Source: Candidatus Kapaibacterium sp. (lineage in GTDB: Bacteria; Bacteroidota; Ignavibacteria; Palsa-1295). From it: a DNA stretch of 64,000 nt. The number at the start of each line of letters is the position of its first letter. Positions within the stretch are counted from its first letter, which is position 1. The notes beneath the pieces were generated by a model. It was not told where the DNA came from, did no database searches, and saw only the letters and a program-made list of their open reading frames with translations. The translations under genes were made by a program, and so were the position numbers. Positions 19,982 through 28,071 of this stretch are shown in pieces. The stretch covers positions 1,328 to 65,327 of the forward strand of contig JBKJTT010000018.1 in NCBI GenBank assembly GCA_046590205.1, given 5' to 3'.

Positions 19982-20881
19982 ATGGAGAGTATTATGCAAA
20001 ACGTTATCAATATCGGAAACAGACCTGTAGGCGATGACCAAAGCGTCTATGTTATAGCAGAAATAGGGATTAATCATAACGGATCACTTGATATTGCAAA
20101 GCAGCTCATTGATGCTGCTGCAAAAGCGGGATGCGACGCCGTAAAATTTCAGAAACGTACACCTGAACTCTGTGTACCGAAAGATCAGTGGATGCTCGAG
20201 CGCGATACCCCATGGGGACGCATGACATACATTGATTATCGTTACAAAGTTGAGTTCGGTATTGAAGAGTATTCAGAGATAGACCGCTACGCCCGCGCGA
20301 ACAACATCCAATGGTTCGCATCATGTTGGGACGAGCCGTCAGTTGATTTTATGGAGCAGTTCGATGTCGTGGCATATAAAGCACCGTCTGCATCACTCAC
20401 AGATATTCCTATCTTAGAGAAGAAACGTGCGACAGGAAAGCCGCTTATCATCTCGACAGGTATGTCAACCATTGAAGAGATAGAAGAAGCAGTCGAAGCG
20501 GTTGGTACAGAGAACTTGCTCATCGCACATGCAACCTCTACCTACCCATGTGCACCGGAAGAGTTGAACCTTCGCATGATCGGGACGCTCAAGAATATGT
20601 ATCCCGATTGCGTAATAGGATATTCAGGACATGAGACAGGTCTTACACCGACAGTTGCCGCAGTTGCAATGGGTGCTACATTTGTCGAGCGTCATATCAC
20701 CCTTGACCGTGCTATGTGGGGCACTGACCAAGCTGCTTCTGTAGAAGTTGGCGGTCTTATTCGTCTTGTCGAGATGATCCGTGACGTTGAAAAGTCACTC
20801 GGTGACGGGGTCAAGCGCGTGTATGATAGCGAACTCGGTGCACGAAAGAAGCTTCGCCGCGTTGCGTCTGTGGTCGCTTAA
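19982..20881 (+). CDS. NeuB-family sialic-acid-type (PEP-condensing) synthase, apparently without the C-terminal SAF domain
   Basis: 299-aa ORF with the AEIGINHNG signature, KFQKR and GYSGHE. The protein ends shortly after the TIM-barrel region. Confidence 0.8.
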   Translation: MESIMQNVINIGNRPVGDDQSVYVIAEIGINHNGSLDIAKQLIDAAAKAGCDAVKFQKRTPELCVPKDQWMLERDTPWGRMTYIDYRYKVEFGIEEYSEIDRYARANNIQWFASCWDEPSVDFMEQFDVVAYKAPSASLTDIPILEKKRATGKPLIISTGMSTIEEIEEAVEAVGTENLLIAHATSTYPCAPEELNLRMIGTLKNMYPDCVIGYSGHETGLTPTVAAVAMGATFVERHITLDRAMWGTDQAASVEVGGLIRLVEMIRDVEKSLGDGVKRVYDSELGARKKLRRVASVVA

Positions 20882-20917
20882 AGTTTTTGCCAATATCAAT
20901 TCAGTCGTATCTATGAG

Positions 20918-20959
20918 ATCCGGCATTATGTCTTACATATGTAAGAACTGATGCCGGGT
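20918..20959 (+). terminator. Hairpin downstream of the NeuB-like gene
   Basis: ATCCGGCAT (20918-26) pairs with ATGCCGGGT (20951-59) with one G.U pair. The inner palindrome is CTTACATATGTAAG, followed by CTTTGTTG. Confidence 0.5.
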
Positions 20960-21000
20960 CTTTGTTGTATAAATAAAAATAGTATAGTACGTTCGTAGAA

Positions 21001-21777
21001 ATGTCAATAGAAACCATTCGTTGGGTCTCGACCGGTGCTCTTATAGTCTGTGCATGTATTGTCATTGCACTCGAACGGCTTTTCCCGTATGATAAAAACC
21101 AACGTTTTTTCCGTGAGCAGTTCTGGAATGACTTCGGCCTCTACTCGCTCTTACAGAGTTATGCACTTGGCATGCTCATCTCCTTTCTGATTGAATGGTT
21201 CGATAGCGCATCAGGTTTATCGCGTTTACAGATTGTAACTCATTGGGGACTCGGGTGGCAATTGCTTTTCTTTCTTGTGCTCCATGACTTATATATCTAT
21301 TGGTTTCATAGGTGGCAGCATAACTCGAAGTATCTATGGCGTATCCATGAGGCGCACCACTCAACCCATGACGTAGATTGGCTCTCGGGTTCACGATCAC
21401 ATAGTTTGGAAATACTTATTAATCAGACGATAGAGTTCTCTGTGATCATCTTACTTGGTGCGCCGCCTGAAGTTGTACTCATCAAAGCAGCGATCGACGG
21501 TATATGGGGGATGTATATTCACTCGAATATTGATGTTCGCTCCGGTCGCCTTCAACTAGTCATAAACGGACCCGAAATGCACCGGTGGCATCATGCGACA
21601 GACAATGATGCACACAATACTAACTTTTCGACAAAGCTCGCCTTCTGGGATTACCTCTTCGGGACGAAGTATCATCCAACTGATCGTAAGCCACAAGGGT
21701 ACGGTTTAGGCGACCCTGCATTTCCGAAGACCTACCTCAAACAGCACAAGTACGCATTCAGGAAGTTTGAAGAATAA
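21001..21777 (+). CDS. Fatty acid hydroxylase / sterol desaturase family membrane protein
   Basis: 258-aa ORF with three His boxes (HRWQH, HEAHH, HRWHH) and TM segments. Confidence 0.75.
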   Translation: MSIETIRWVSTGALIVCACIVIALERLFPYDKNQRFFREQFWNDFGLYSLLQSYALGMLISFLIEWFDSASGLSRLQIVTHWGLGWQLLFFLVLHDLYIYWFHRWQHNSKYLWRIHEAHHSTHDVDWLSGSRSHSLEILINQTIEFSVIILLGAPPEVVLIKAAIDGIWGMYIHSNIDVRSGRLQLVINGPEMHRWHHATDNDAHNTNFSTKLAFWDYLFGTKYHPTDRKPQGYGLGDPAFPKTYLKQHKYAFRKFEE

Positions 21778-21781
21778 AAAA

Positions 21782-21802
21782 AGCCGAAGCATAGCTTCGG
21801 CT
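21782..21802. terminator. Bidirectional hairpin terminator
   Basis: AGCCGAAGC-ATA-GCTTCGGCT, preceded by an A-run and followed by a T-rich tail. It lies between the hydroxylase gene and the tRNA. Confidence 0.6.
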
Positions 21803-21812
21803 TTGTAACTTT

Positions 21813-21889
21813 TGGTGGGCAATACGGGATTCGAACCTGTGACCTTTTCCATGTCAAGGAAACGCGCTAACCAACTGCGCCAATTGCCC
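21813..21889 (-). tRNA. tRNA-Val (anticodon GAC), CCA encoded
   Basis: The reverse strand folds as a cloverleaf: GGGCAAU-UG-GCGC-AGUUGGUUA-GCGC-G-UUUCC-UUGACAU-GGAAA-AGGUC-ACAGG-UUCGAAU-CCCGU-AUUGCCC-ACCA. There is one A.C mismatch in the T stem. Confidence 0.85.
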
Positions 21890-21934
21890 TAAGTTAGGAG
21901 CGTATTAACAGCCCGCCTATGCGCGCCGTTCCTA

Positions 21935-22264
21935 TTATCCCTTCTGAATCAGCGTCCGGACCGACTGTCTATCGAGCACAAATCCTGCCATGCGGGACAT
22001 CAGGTCATGTGTTGCATCGTTGAAGCTATCTTCAAGCTGGTCATAGCTTTCAGGGGTTGGACATTCATAGACCTCGACAACATTGCCGGGTTCGTCATTA
22101 TCTACATAGAGATAGCCCTTGATGTTCGTCTCGGAGTTATTGACGATCCCAAGGAATTGATGGGCAAGCAAGATATACTCATCCGCCTTGGATTTGTTGA
22201 TCTTGTAAGTAACCGTTACCAGTACATTTGTAGTCATTCGTGCTTTTGTCTGTATTTTTGACAA
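21935..22264 (-). CDS. Small hypothetical protein (ABM/ferredoxin-like fold guess)
   Basis: 109-aa ORF, divergent from the next gene, with no diagnostic motif. Confidence 0.35.
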   Translation of the reverse strand: MSKIQTKARMTTNVLVTVTYKINKSKADEYILLAHQFLGIVNNSETNIKGYLYVDNDEPGNVVEVYECPTPESYDQLEDSFNDATHDLMSRMAGFVLDRQSVRTLIQKG

Positions 22265-22324
22265 TCTTTCTTGTGCAAAGTTACGGATTTTTGGACGCTT
22301 AGTAACGAATACAACAGCTTTTTT

Positions 22325-24532
22325 ATGCTCGGTCAGCGGTCGTTCATATTTGGGGTTCTCTATTATACGGCAGTCTCACTTGCTGTCTTCATCTTCGCAA
22401 GCCCACTTTTTGCTGTCATTGGGTTTGAGTTTGCAACCATTATTTCACTTGCAGTAAGCATCCATCTCCTATTCTATACTGTAGAAAAGGCATCTACCTC
22501 CCCAAAGGGAAAACTCTTAGAAACACTACGAGGTATCTATCTACCCATCTCCCTCTTTATCCTCATTCCATTTTGCATTGGCATCATTAACGGATTTAAC
22601 ACAAATCAATGTGATCTGCCGCTCGGTATATTGATGTATATTCAGGTTGTATTCCCGACAGCGATCATCGCAGTCCTATTTGGAATTCACTTTGGTTGGA
22701 TGAATGGACATCCACTTCATAGACGGCTTTGGGTCTCTGCATTTTGGATAGTGACATTCATCATTAGTCTATTGCCCGGATATTTCAACCCCCAGATATT
22801 TACCTATGGTTGGCAGTACGGATTTTTCCCTGGGATTATTTGGGATGCAGCGATGGAGTTACAGCCGGCATATTGGTGGTCACGCATAGTGGCTTTGCTA
22901 TTTGTTGTAGGATTCTTAGTAGATGATTATCAACTCATTAAAGCCGGTGCTAAGACTTGGAAAGAAAAAGTAAAAGTAAGACAGGCAAATTATTGGAACA
23001 TTGGTATGATTATCACTAATTTCCAAATTTTTATATGCTTACTACTTCTATCCACCTTGGGGATAACACGATCACACGACTATATCACACAAGAGCTTAG
23101 TAAGAAGGTAGATGTAAAAAGCGCAGTTATTATTCATTGTACCGATAGCACATTCACAAAAGAGGAGCTAACATTGCTTAGATATAACTGCACGCTCTAT
23201 TGTGATTCTATTCGTTCGTTCTTCAATATCAATGATAAACGCTTGACACATCTATATATCTACCCATCCAATGAACAGATGAAGAAGTTCGTCGGCACTG
23301 CAAGCGCAAGCATTGCAAAGCCATGGATGAACGAATTACATATTGCGAAAGAAAATCTCGGCTCACTTAAACATGAGCTTGTCCATACTCTCCTCGCCCC
23401 ATATGGCAACTTCCCTTTTGATGTTAGTTGGAGCACGGGGCTTACCGAAGGTGCGGCAGTTGCCGTTGAAGAGAACTATGACGGTATTCGTGATTGTGAT
23501 GAATACTCCGCTCGTATCTTGCAGTTTGGGCTGACAAAAGGTGTGAAGGACATCATGTCATTCACAGGTTTTGCGGCGCAGGCATCGAGCAAGAGCTATA
23601 CACTTGCAGGGTCATTCAGTAAATATCTGATAAAACAATACGGAAGTGAGAAATTTCTTTCGCTCTACACTACGAGAAATTATGATGGCATCTATGGTAA
23701 ACCGGTTGAAGCTTTAGAGCGCGAATGGGTTGCGTCGCTTCAACCTCTTCAAGTGCCAATGAATAAATACGACTCACTGCGAGTGCTGTTCTACTTCGAT
23801 CGTACATCTATCATCAACGAACCCTGCTTACGCAAGATAGGACGAAAGATGAAAGAAGCCGGCGAACTCTTCGAACAGAAAAGATATTCTGAAGCGGATG
23901 CAATATATGACGAAGTAGCGCATGAGACCGATCGTCTTGATGCTATTCGCGGAAGGGTATTTTGTCAACTACGAATGAACGATCCGAAAGCGGCATTAAC
24001 AATCCTCGATACTCTCACAGCGGCAAAGACAGAACGTAACCTTGCGGCATTACATAACCTTCGAGGTGATTGTATCTTCCTTGCAACAGGCGATACTTCT
24101 AAAGCAAAAGCAGAATGGATGGAAGCGATGAATCTTGAATTAAGTGAGCGTTCAATTACAAACGGCTATATTCGGTATTACTTTCTTGCAAATATTCCTT
24201 CAGAGCAAGCCAAGAGCTATCTCTTGAAACTCTATTCACAAAAAAACTACAATGAACAAGATCTAAAATGGATAGAAAACAGTACAAGTCTTACTGCAGG
24301 ATATGAATTTTTACTGGCAAGACAAGTAGTGTTGTTTACTGCCTATGAAGATATAGGTCATCTGAACAAAGCACTCATAACTGCAAAGATAGTGAGTCAG
24401 GCGAGCAGAATAAATTTCGATCCAAACCGAACTTCAATGATAGTCGCAAACAAACTACAGAAATTTATAGATATTGCTGAACCCGCCTTAGCACCTACAC
24501 AGCAGTCACTCTCCCCTGAAAAGAGTCAATGA
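22325..24532 (+). CDS. Polytopic membrane protein with HExxH metallopeptidase-like domain and C-terminal TPR-like repeats
   Basis: The first ~270 aa contain multiple hydrophobic helices. An HELVH motif is followed 21 aa later by TEGAAV (gluzincin-like spacing), and the C-terminus is helical-repeat. ATG 22325 is preferred over the track's TTG 22271. Confidence 0.5.
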   Translation: MLGQRSFIFGVLYYTAVSLAVFIFASPLFAVIGFEFATIISLAVSIHLLFYTVEKASTSPKGKLLETLRGIYLPISLFILIPFCIGIINGFNTNQCDLPLGILMYIQVVFPTAIIAVLFGIHFGWMNGHPLHRRLWVSAFWIVTFIISLLPGYFNPQIFTYGWQYGFFPGIIWDAAMELQPAYWWSRIVALLFVVGFLVDDYQLIKAGAKTWKEKVKVRQANYWNIGMIITNFQIFICLLLLSTLGITRSHDYITQELSKKVDVKSAVIIHCTDSTFTKEELTLLRYNCTLYCDSIRSFFNINDKRLTHLYIYPSNEQMKKFVGTASASIAKPWMNELHIAKENLGSLKHELVHTLLAPYGNFPFDVSWSTGLTEGAAVAVEENYDGIRDCDEYSARILQFGLTKGVKDIMSFTGFAAQASSKSYTLAGSFSKYLIKQYGSEKFLSLYTTRNYDGIYGKPVEALEREWVASLQPLQVPMNKYDSLRVLFYFDRTSIINEPCLRKIGRKMKEAGELFEQKRYSEADAIYDEVAHETDRLDAIRGRVFCQLRMNDPKAALTILDTLTAAKTERNLAALHNLRGDCIFLATGDTSKAKAEWMEAMNLELSERSITNGYIRYYFLANIPSEQAKSYLLKLYSQKNYNEQDLKWIENSTSLTAGYEFLLARQVVLFTAYEDIGHLNKALITAKIVSQASRINFDPNRTSMIVANKLQKFIDIAEPALAPTQQSLSPEKSQ

Positions 24533-25103
24533 TCTCTTTGATGAATTCTTCTACGAGAGACTGCCTAATTGCCATTCGCATCTCCACCTTATCCGAATAA
24601 ATACTCTCTAACTTTCCCGCCCCGTACTTTGCTATCATCCGCTCGACACCTGACATATCATCAAATGAGTACATCAGTCGAAGCTCTTGCATGAGATACA
24701 CAGTTTTTATTTCTGCATCTTCAACTGCAAGTTTTGCTACATCGGCGTATGCCCTTGCCAAGCCACCAGTGCCGAGCTTAGTCCCGCCAAAGTATCTGGT
24801 TACTACACATAGGACATTCATGAGCTTTGCGCCTTCAATGACCATCAGTATCGGCTTGCCTGCTGTGCCCGAGGGTTCGCCGTCATCGGCGGCGCGGACC
24901 TGCTCCGCATTTGCACTCAAACGGAATGCGTAACAATGATGCGATGCGTCGTAGAACTCCTTGCGGATTCTCTCAAGGTATGATTCTATCTCTTCTTTTG
25001 TTGAGACGGGGTAGAGATCAGCAATGAAACGCGAACCGACTACCTTCAGCTCTGCGGCGCGGAGAGGTTTGGCGATAGTCAGGTAAAAATCTGTTTGCGA
25101 CAT
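24495..25103 (-). CDS. yigZ: YigZ / IMPACT family protein
   Basis: 202-aa ORF with GSRFIA...ASHHCYAFR...DDGEPSGTAG motifs. Confidence 0.75.
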   Translation of the reverse strand: MSQTDFYLTIAKPLRAAELKVVGSRFIADLYPVSTKEEIESYLERIRKEFYDASHHCYAFRLSANAEQVRAADDGEPSGTAGKPILMVIEGAKLMNVLCVVTRYFGGTKLGTGGLARAYADVAKLAVEDAEIKTVYLMQELRLMYSFDDMSGVERMIAKYGAGKLESIYSDKVEMRMAIRQSLVEEFIKEIIDSFQGRVTAV

Positions 25104-25155
25104 TGCATTACCGCAACATTATTTTACGTAGTTTAGTGATAAAGAATAGAGACGT

Positions 25156-26304
25156 ATGAATATAGGAATTACATGTTATCCTACTTATGGCGGCTCGGGG
25201 ATAGTCGCTACCGAACTTGGCAAGTCGCTTGCACAACGCGGACATAAGGTGCATTTTATCACCTACGCACTACCCATGCGACTGACGGGTATCGGCAACA
25301 ATGCCAGCTCGATGGATTATATTGATAACATCTTCTATCATGAAGTAGAGATGTCGAGCTACCCACTCTTCGAGTTTCCACTTTACGAAATGGCACTTGC
25401 AAGCAAGATGGTCGAAGTCACGCGCTACGAAAAGCTTGACCTCATCCATGCACATTACGCCATCCCCCACGCATCCGCCGCGCTCACAGCGAAAAATATT
25501 TTAGGTAACGACATGAAGATCGTTACAACGCTTCACGGCACTGACATCACGCTTGTCGGACTTGAGCCAAGCTTTGAGCCGCTCATGAAGTATTCTATCG
25601 AACGCTCCGATGCCGTTACTTCCGTTTCGGAATTCTTGAAGCGCGAGACAATAGAAAATTACGGAGTCAATAAAGAGATAACAGCAATACCGAACTTCAT
25701 TGATACCGACGTCTTCCGTCCTATCGATAGTCGCCAGCTTCGCCGCTTGCTTGCGCCCAACGGTGAGAAGATACTCGTACACGTCTCGAACTTCCGCGCC
25801 GTCAAACGTGTGACCGATGCGATAAAAGCATTCAAGCAAGTGCTTGATAAAGGTATCAAAGCAAAATTCTTACTCGTCGGCGACGGACCCGACCGCTCCG
25901 AATGCGAACTACTCGCACGTGAACTCGGCATCTGGCAGCAAACTCGCTTCCTTGGTAAACAAGCTGACCTCGCCGCAATTCTATCAGCATCGGATGTATT
26001 CATCATACCATCAGGCAATGAAAGCTTCGGACTTGCCGCACTTGAAGCAATGGCATGTGGAGTGCCAGTCATTTCAAGTGACATCGGCGGATTGACAGAG
26101 GTCAATGTGGATACAGTAACGGGCTACGTTGTAAAGACAGGCGATGTGAACGCATTAGCCGAACGTATGCACACACTCTTCACCGAAGAACCGCTCCGCA
26201 AACAAATGGGCGCCGCCGCACTTGCTCATGCAATTGGTAACTTCACCAAAGAACAGCTCGTCCCGAAATACGAAGAAGTATATGAACAGGCAATGAGGGG
26301 ATAG
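25156..26304 (+). CDS. bshA: N-acetyl-alpha-D-glucosaminyl L-malate synthase (bacillithiol biosynthesis)
   Basis: 382-aa ORF that is collinear by eye with B. subtilis BshA: NIGITCYPTYGGSGIVATELGK, HAHYAIPHA, TTLHGTDIT, HVSNFR, LVGDGP, ESFGLAALEAMACGVP. Confidence 0.85.
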   Translation: MNIGITCYPTYGGSGIVATELGKSLAQRGHKVHFITYALPMRLTGIGNNASSMDYIDNIFYHEVEMSSYPLFEFPLYEMALASKMVEVTRYEKLDLIHAHYAIPHASAALTAKNILGNDMKIVTTLHGTDITLVGLEPSFEPLMKYSIERSDAVTSVSEFLKRETIENYGVNKEITAIPNFIDTDVFRPIDSRQLRRLLAPNGEKILVHVSNFRAVKRVTDAIKAFKQVLDKGIKAKFLLVGDGPDRSECELLARELGIWQQTRFLGKQADLAAILSASDVFIIPSGNESFGLAALEAMACGVPVISSDIGGLTEVNVDTVTGYVVKTGDVNALAERMHTLFTEEPLRKQMGAAALAHAIGNFTKEQLVPKYEEVYEQAMRG

Positions 26305-26307
26305 ACG

Positions 26308-28038
26308 TTAAGATGTCTTCGCTATTTTTTCTTCGAGTTCTTTCATCAATGCCTCAAACTCCGGCATCCCCCGCAGCGGATCGAGGTCGGGGTCCGTGCG
26401 GAAAGCTTCGACCATCGAGAGCCCAGCGCTCACAGAACGGCGGAGCATCGTAAGCGCATTCGCAGTATCGCTAAGTCGCGCGTAGAGGCAGGCAATATTG
26501 TAGCAGGACATTCCATCCAAATCCTGTTTCTTTAGCAGCGGCTCAAGGGCAAGCAGCGCACGCTCCGGCTGGTTCGCATAGCGGAGCAGATTCGCGTACC
26601 AAACTCTTGCATTCTCATCATCCGGAACAAGGCTCAGTCTGCGTTCATAGAGTGGAAGTGCTGCCAAACTCCATTTTGTGACGCGCTCCTCGTCGTGAGA
26701 CTGGTCCGAAACAATTACGAGATTCAAGTATAATACCAGATCGCCCGGCTTCAGTTCAATGGATTTCTCATAGTGAGGAATCGCCTCCAGAGGCTGATTC
26801 GTCTCGGTGTAGAAGACTCCAAGAGCGAAATGACTTTCGGAATTCTCCGGCGCCCTGCGAATGAATTCCTTTGCCGCTTCTTCTGCCGCGGCGAGTTTGC
26901 CCTGAAGACGGTAAGAGTTGGGGAGCGCACTATAAGAGCTCCAAAGATCGGGCTTCAACTCAAGTGCTCGTTTTGCAAGCGATTCCGATTCTTCGAGGTG
27001 TTTCGGATTGCGGTCATAGGAGCGGTATAAATCCGTGAGCGCGAATGCCTTGTATTGTAGCGCATTGGCAAAATTTGGGTCGAGCGTTAGCGCATGGGTC
27101 AAGAGTTCAATGGCGATCCCGAAGCCATCACGGGTCAGTCGATAAAAATACTCCTTCGCCTTAAGAAATAGTTCGTACGCTTCGGTATTCTCCGTACCGC
27201 GCTCGGCAAGTTTTTTCTTCTCATCGGCGCTGAGATGAAGCTCCAGACCTTTCAGCACTTCATTCGCAATCACTTCCTGAATATCAAAGATGTTATCCAT
27301 CACACCTTTAAGCGAATGCTGCCAAAGATAATCGCCGGTATCAATATCGAGCAATTGCGCCGTAATCTTGATCTGATCACCGAACTTCCGCACCGAGCCT
27401 TGCACGAAGTAACGTATCTGCATCGTCGAAGCATACGTCGTTAGTTGTCCTTGGTATTTCTTAAACTCCTTCGTCGCCTGCGCGTCCATCAAATGCAGCG
27501 CTTTCACATTCGAAAGCGCACTGATCATTTCGCTCACGATACCATCAGCGAACCATCCGTTATCTGCTGTTGGTGATAAGTCTTCGAACGGAAGTATCAT
27601 CAAACTCTTCTTCCCCGGCGTTTCTTTGATAAGCTTTAGCGTAGGAGCCTTGGTCGCTTCCAAGCCGAGTTTTCCGAGTGCACGGATGATGGAGTCGATG
27701 TTCGTCATCGAAGTCCTATGAATGCCTGCTAACTGATATTCAAGCTCTCGCGGCAACATAATTGGCTCAAGATCAAGAGGGAGTATCTTCTTGCGCTTCT
27801 CTGATGCAAGTGATACTTCTTTAATTACGTTATGTGATTCGATGGAGTTCGGCGAAAGCAATACAATAAATGCTGAACAAGAAGTAATCGCATCAACGAT
27901 CTCTGCTGACCAACTCGTCGAAACCTCAAGAGCAGACTTATCTATCCATACAGATAACCCCGCAGAGCCGAGCAGTTCGGTAAGCTGCTCCGCCTTCTCG
28001 CGGTCTTTGGAGCTATATGAAATGAAGATATCTGCCAA
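26308..28038 (-). CDS. TIR / TolB-N-like / TPR protein, paralogue 4 (soluble)
   Basis: 576-aa ORF with a TTG start. It has a TIR_2-type N-terminus (ADIFISYSSKDREKAEQLTELLGSAGLSVWIDK...NVIKEVSLASEK), the LMILPFEDLSPTADNGWFADG module, and a TPR-like C-terminal half. Confidence 0.8.
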   Translation of the reverse strand: MADIFISYSSKDREKAEQLTELLGSAGLSVWIDKSALEVSTSWSAEIVDAITSCSAFIVLLSPNSIESHNVIKEVSLASEKRKKILPLDLEPIMLPRELEYQLAGIHRTSMTNIDSIIRALGKLGLEATKAPTLKLIKETPGKKSLMILPFEDLSPTADNGWFADGIVSEMISALSNVKALHLMDAQATKEFKKYQGQLTTYASTMQIRYFVQGSVRKFGDQIKITAQLLDIDTGDYLWQHSLKGVMDNIFDIQEVIANEVLKGLELHLSADEKKKLAERGTENTEAYELFLKAKEYFYRLTRDGFGIAIELLTHALTLDPNFANALQYKAFALTDLYRSYDRNPKHLEESESLAKRALELKPDLWSSYSALPNSYRLQGKLAAAEEAAKEFIRRAPENSESHFALGVFYTETNQPLEAIPHYEKSIELKPGDLVLYLNLVIVSDQSHDEERVTKWSLAALPLYERRLSLVPDDENARVWYANLLRYANQPERALLALEPLLKKQDLDGMSCYNIACLYARLSDTANALTMLRRSVSAGLSMVEAFRTDPDLDPLRGMPEFEALMKELEEKIAKTS

Positions 28039-28044
28039 AGTAGT

Positions 28045-28071
28045 TCGTAGTCGTTAGTCGTTAGTCGTTAG
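28045..28071. repeat. Heptanucleotide tandem repeat (TCGTTAG x3 plus a degenerate copy)
   Basis: TCGTAG-TCGTTAG-TCGTTAG-TCGTTAG. On the minus strand this is (CTAACGA)3, which encodes the last codons and stop of paralogue 3 (LTTND*) and part of the 15-nt spacer before paralogue 4. Confidence 0.9.

Noticed and set aside
21813-21889. tRNA-Val as an integration site of a genomic island
   Set aside because: I could find no integrase, no transposase and no obvious direct repeat of the tRNA 3' end nearby. The flanking genes look like ordinary chromosomal content.
25659-26105. 148-aa minus-strand ORF inside bshA, and the alternative-frame ORF 42218-42688 inside the SirB1-like gene
   Set aside because: These are antisense or alternative-frame ORFs within well-supported genes. 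Their composition (S/R/P-rich) is typical of off-frame translation.
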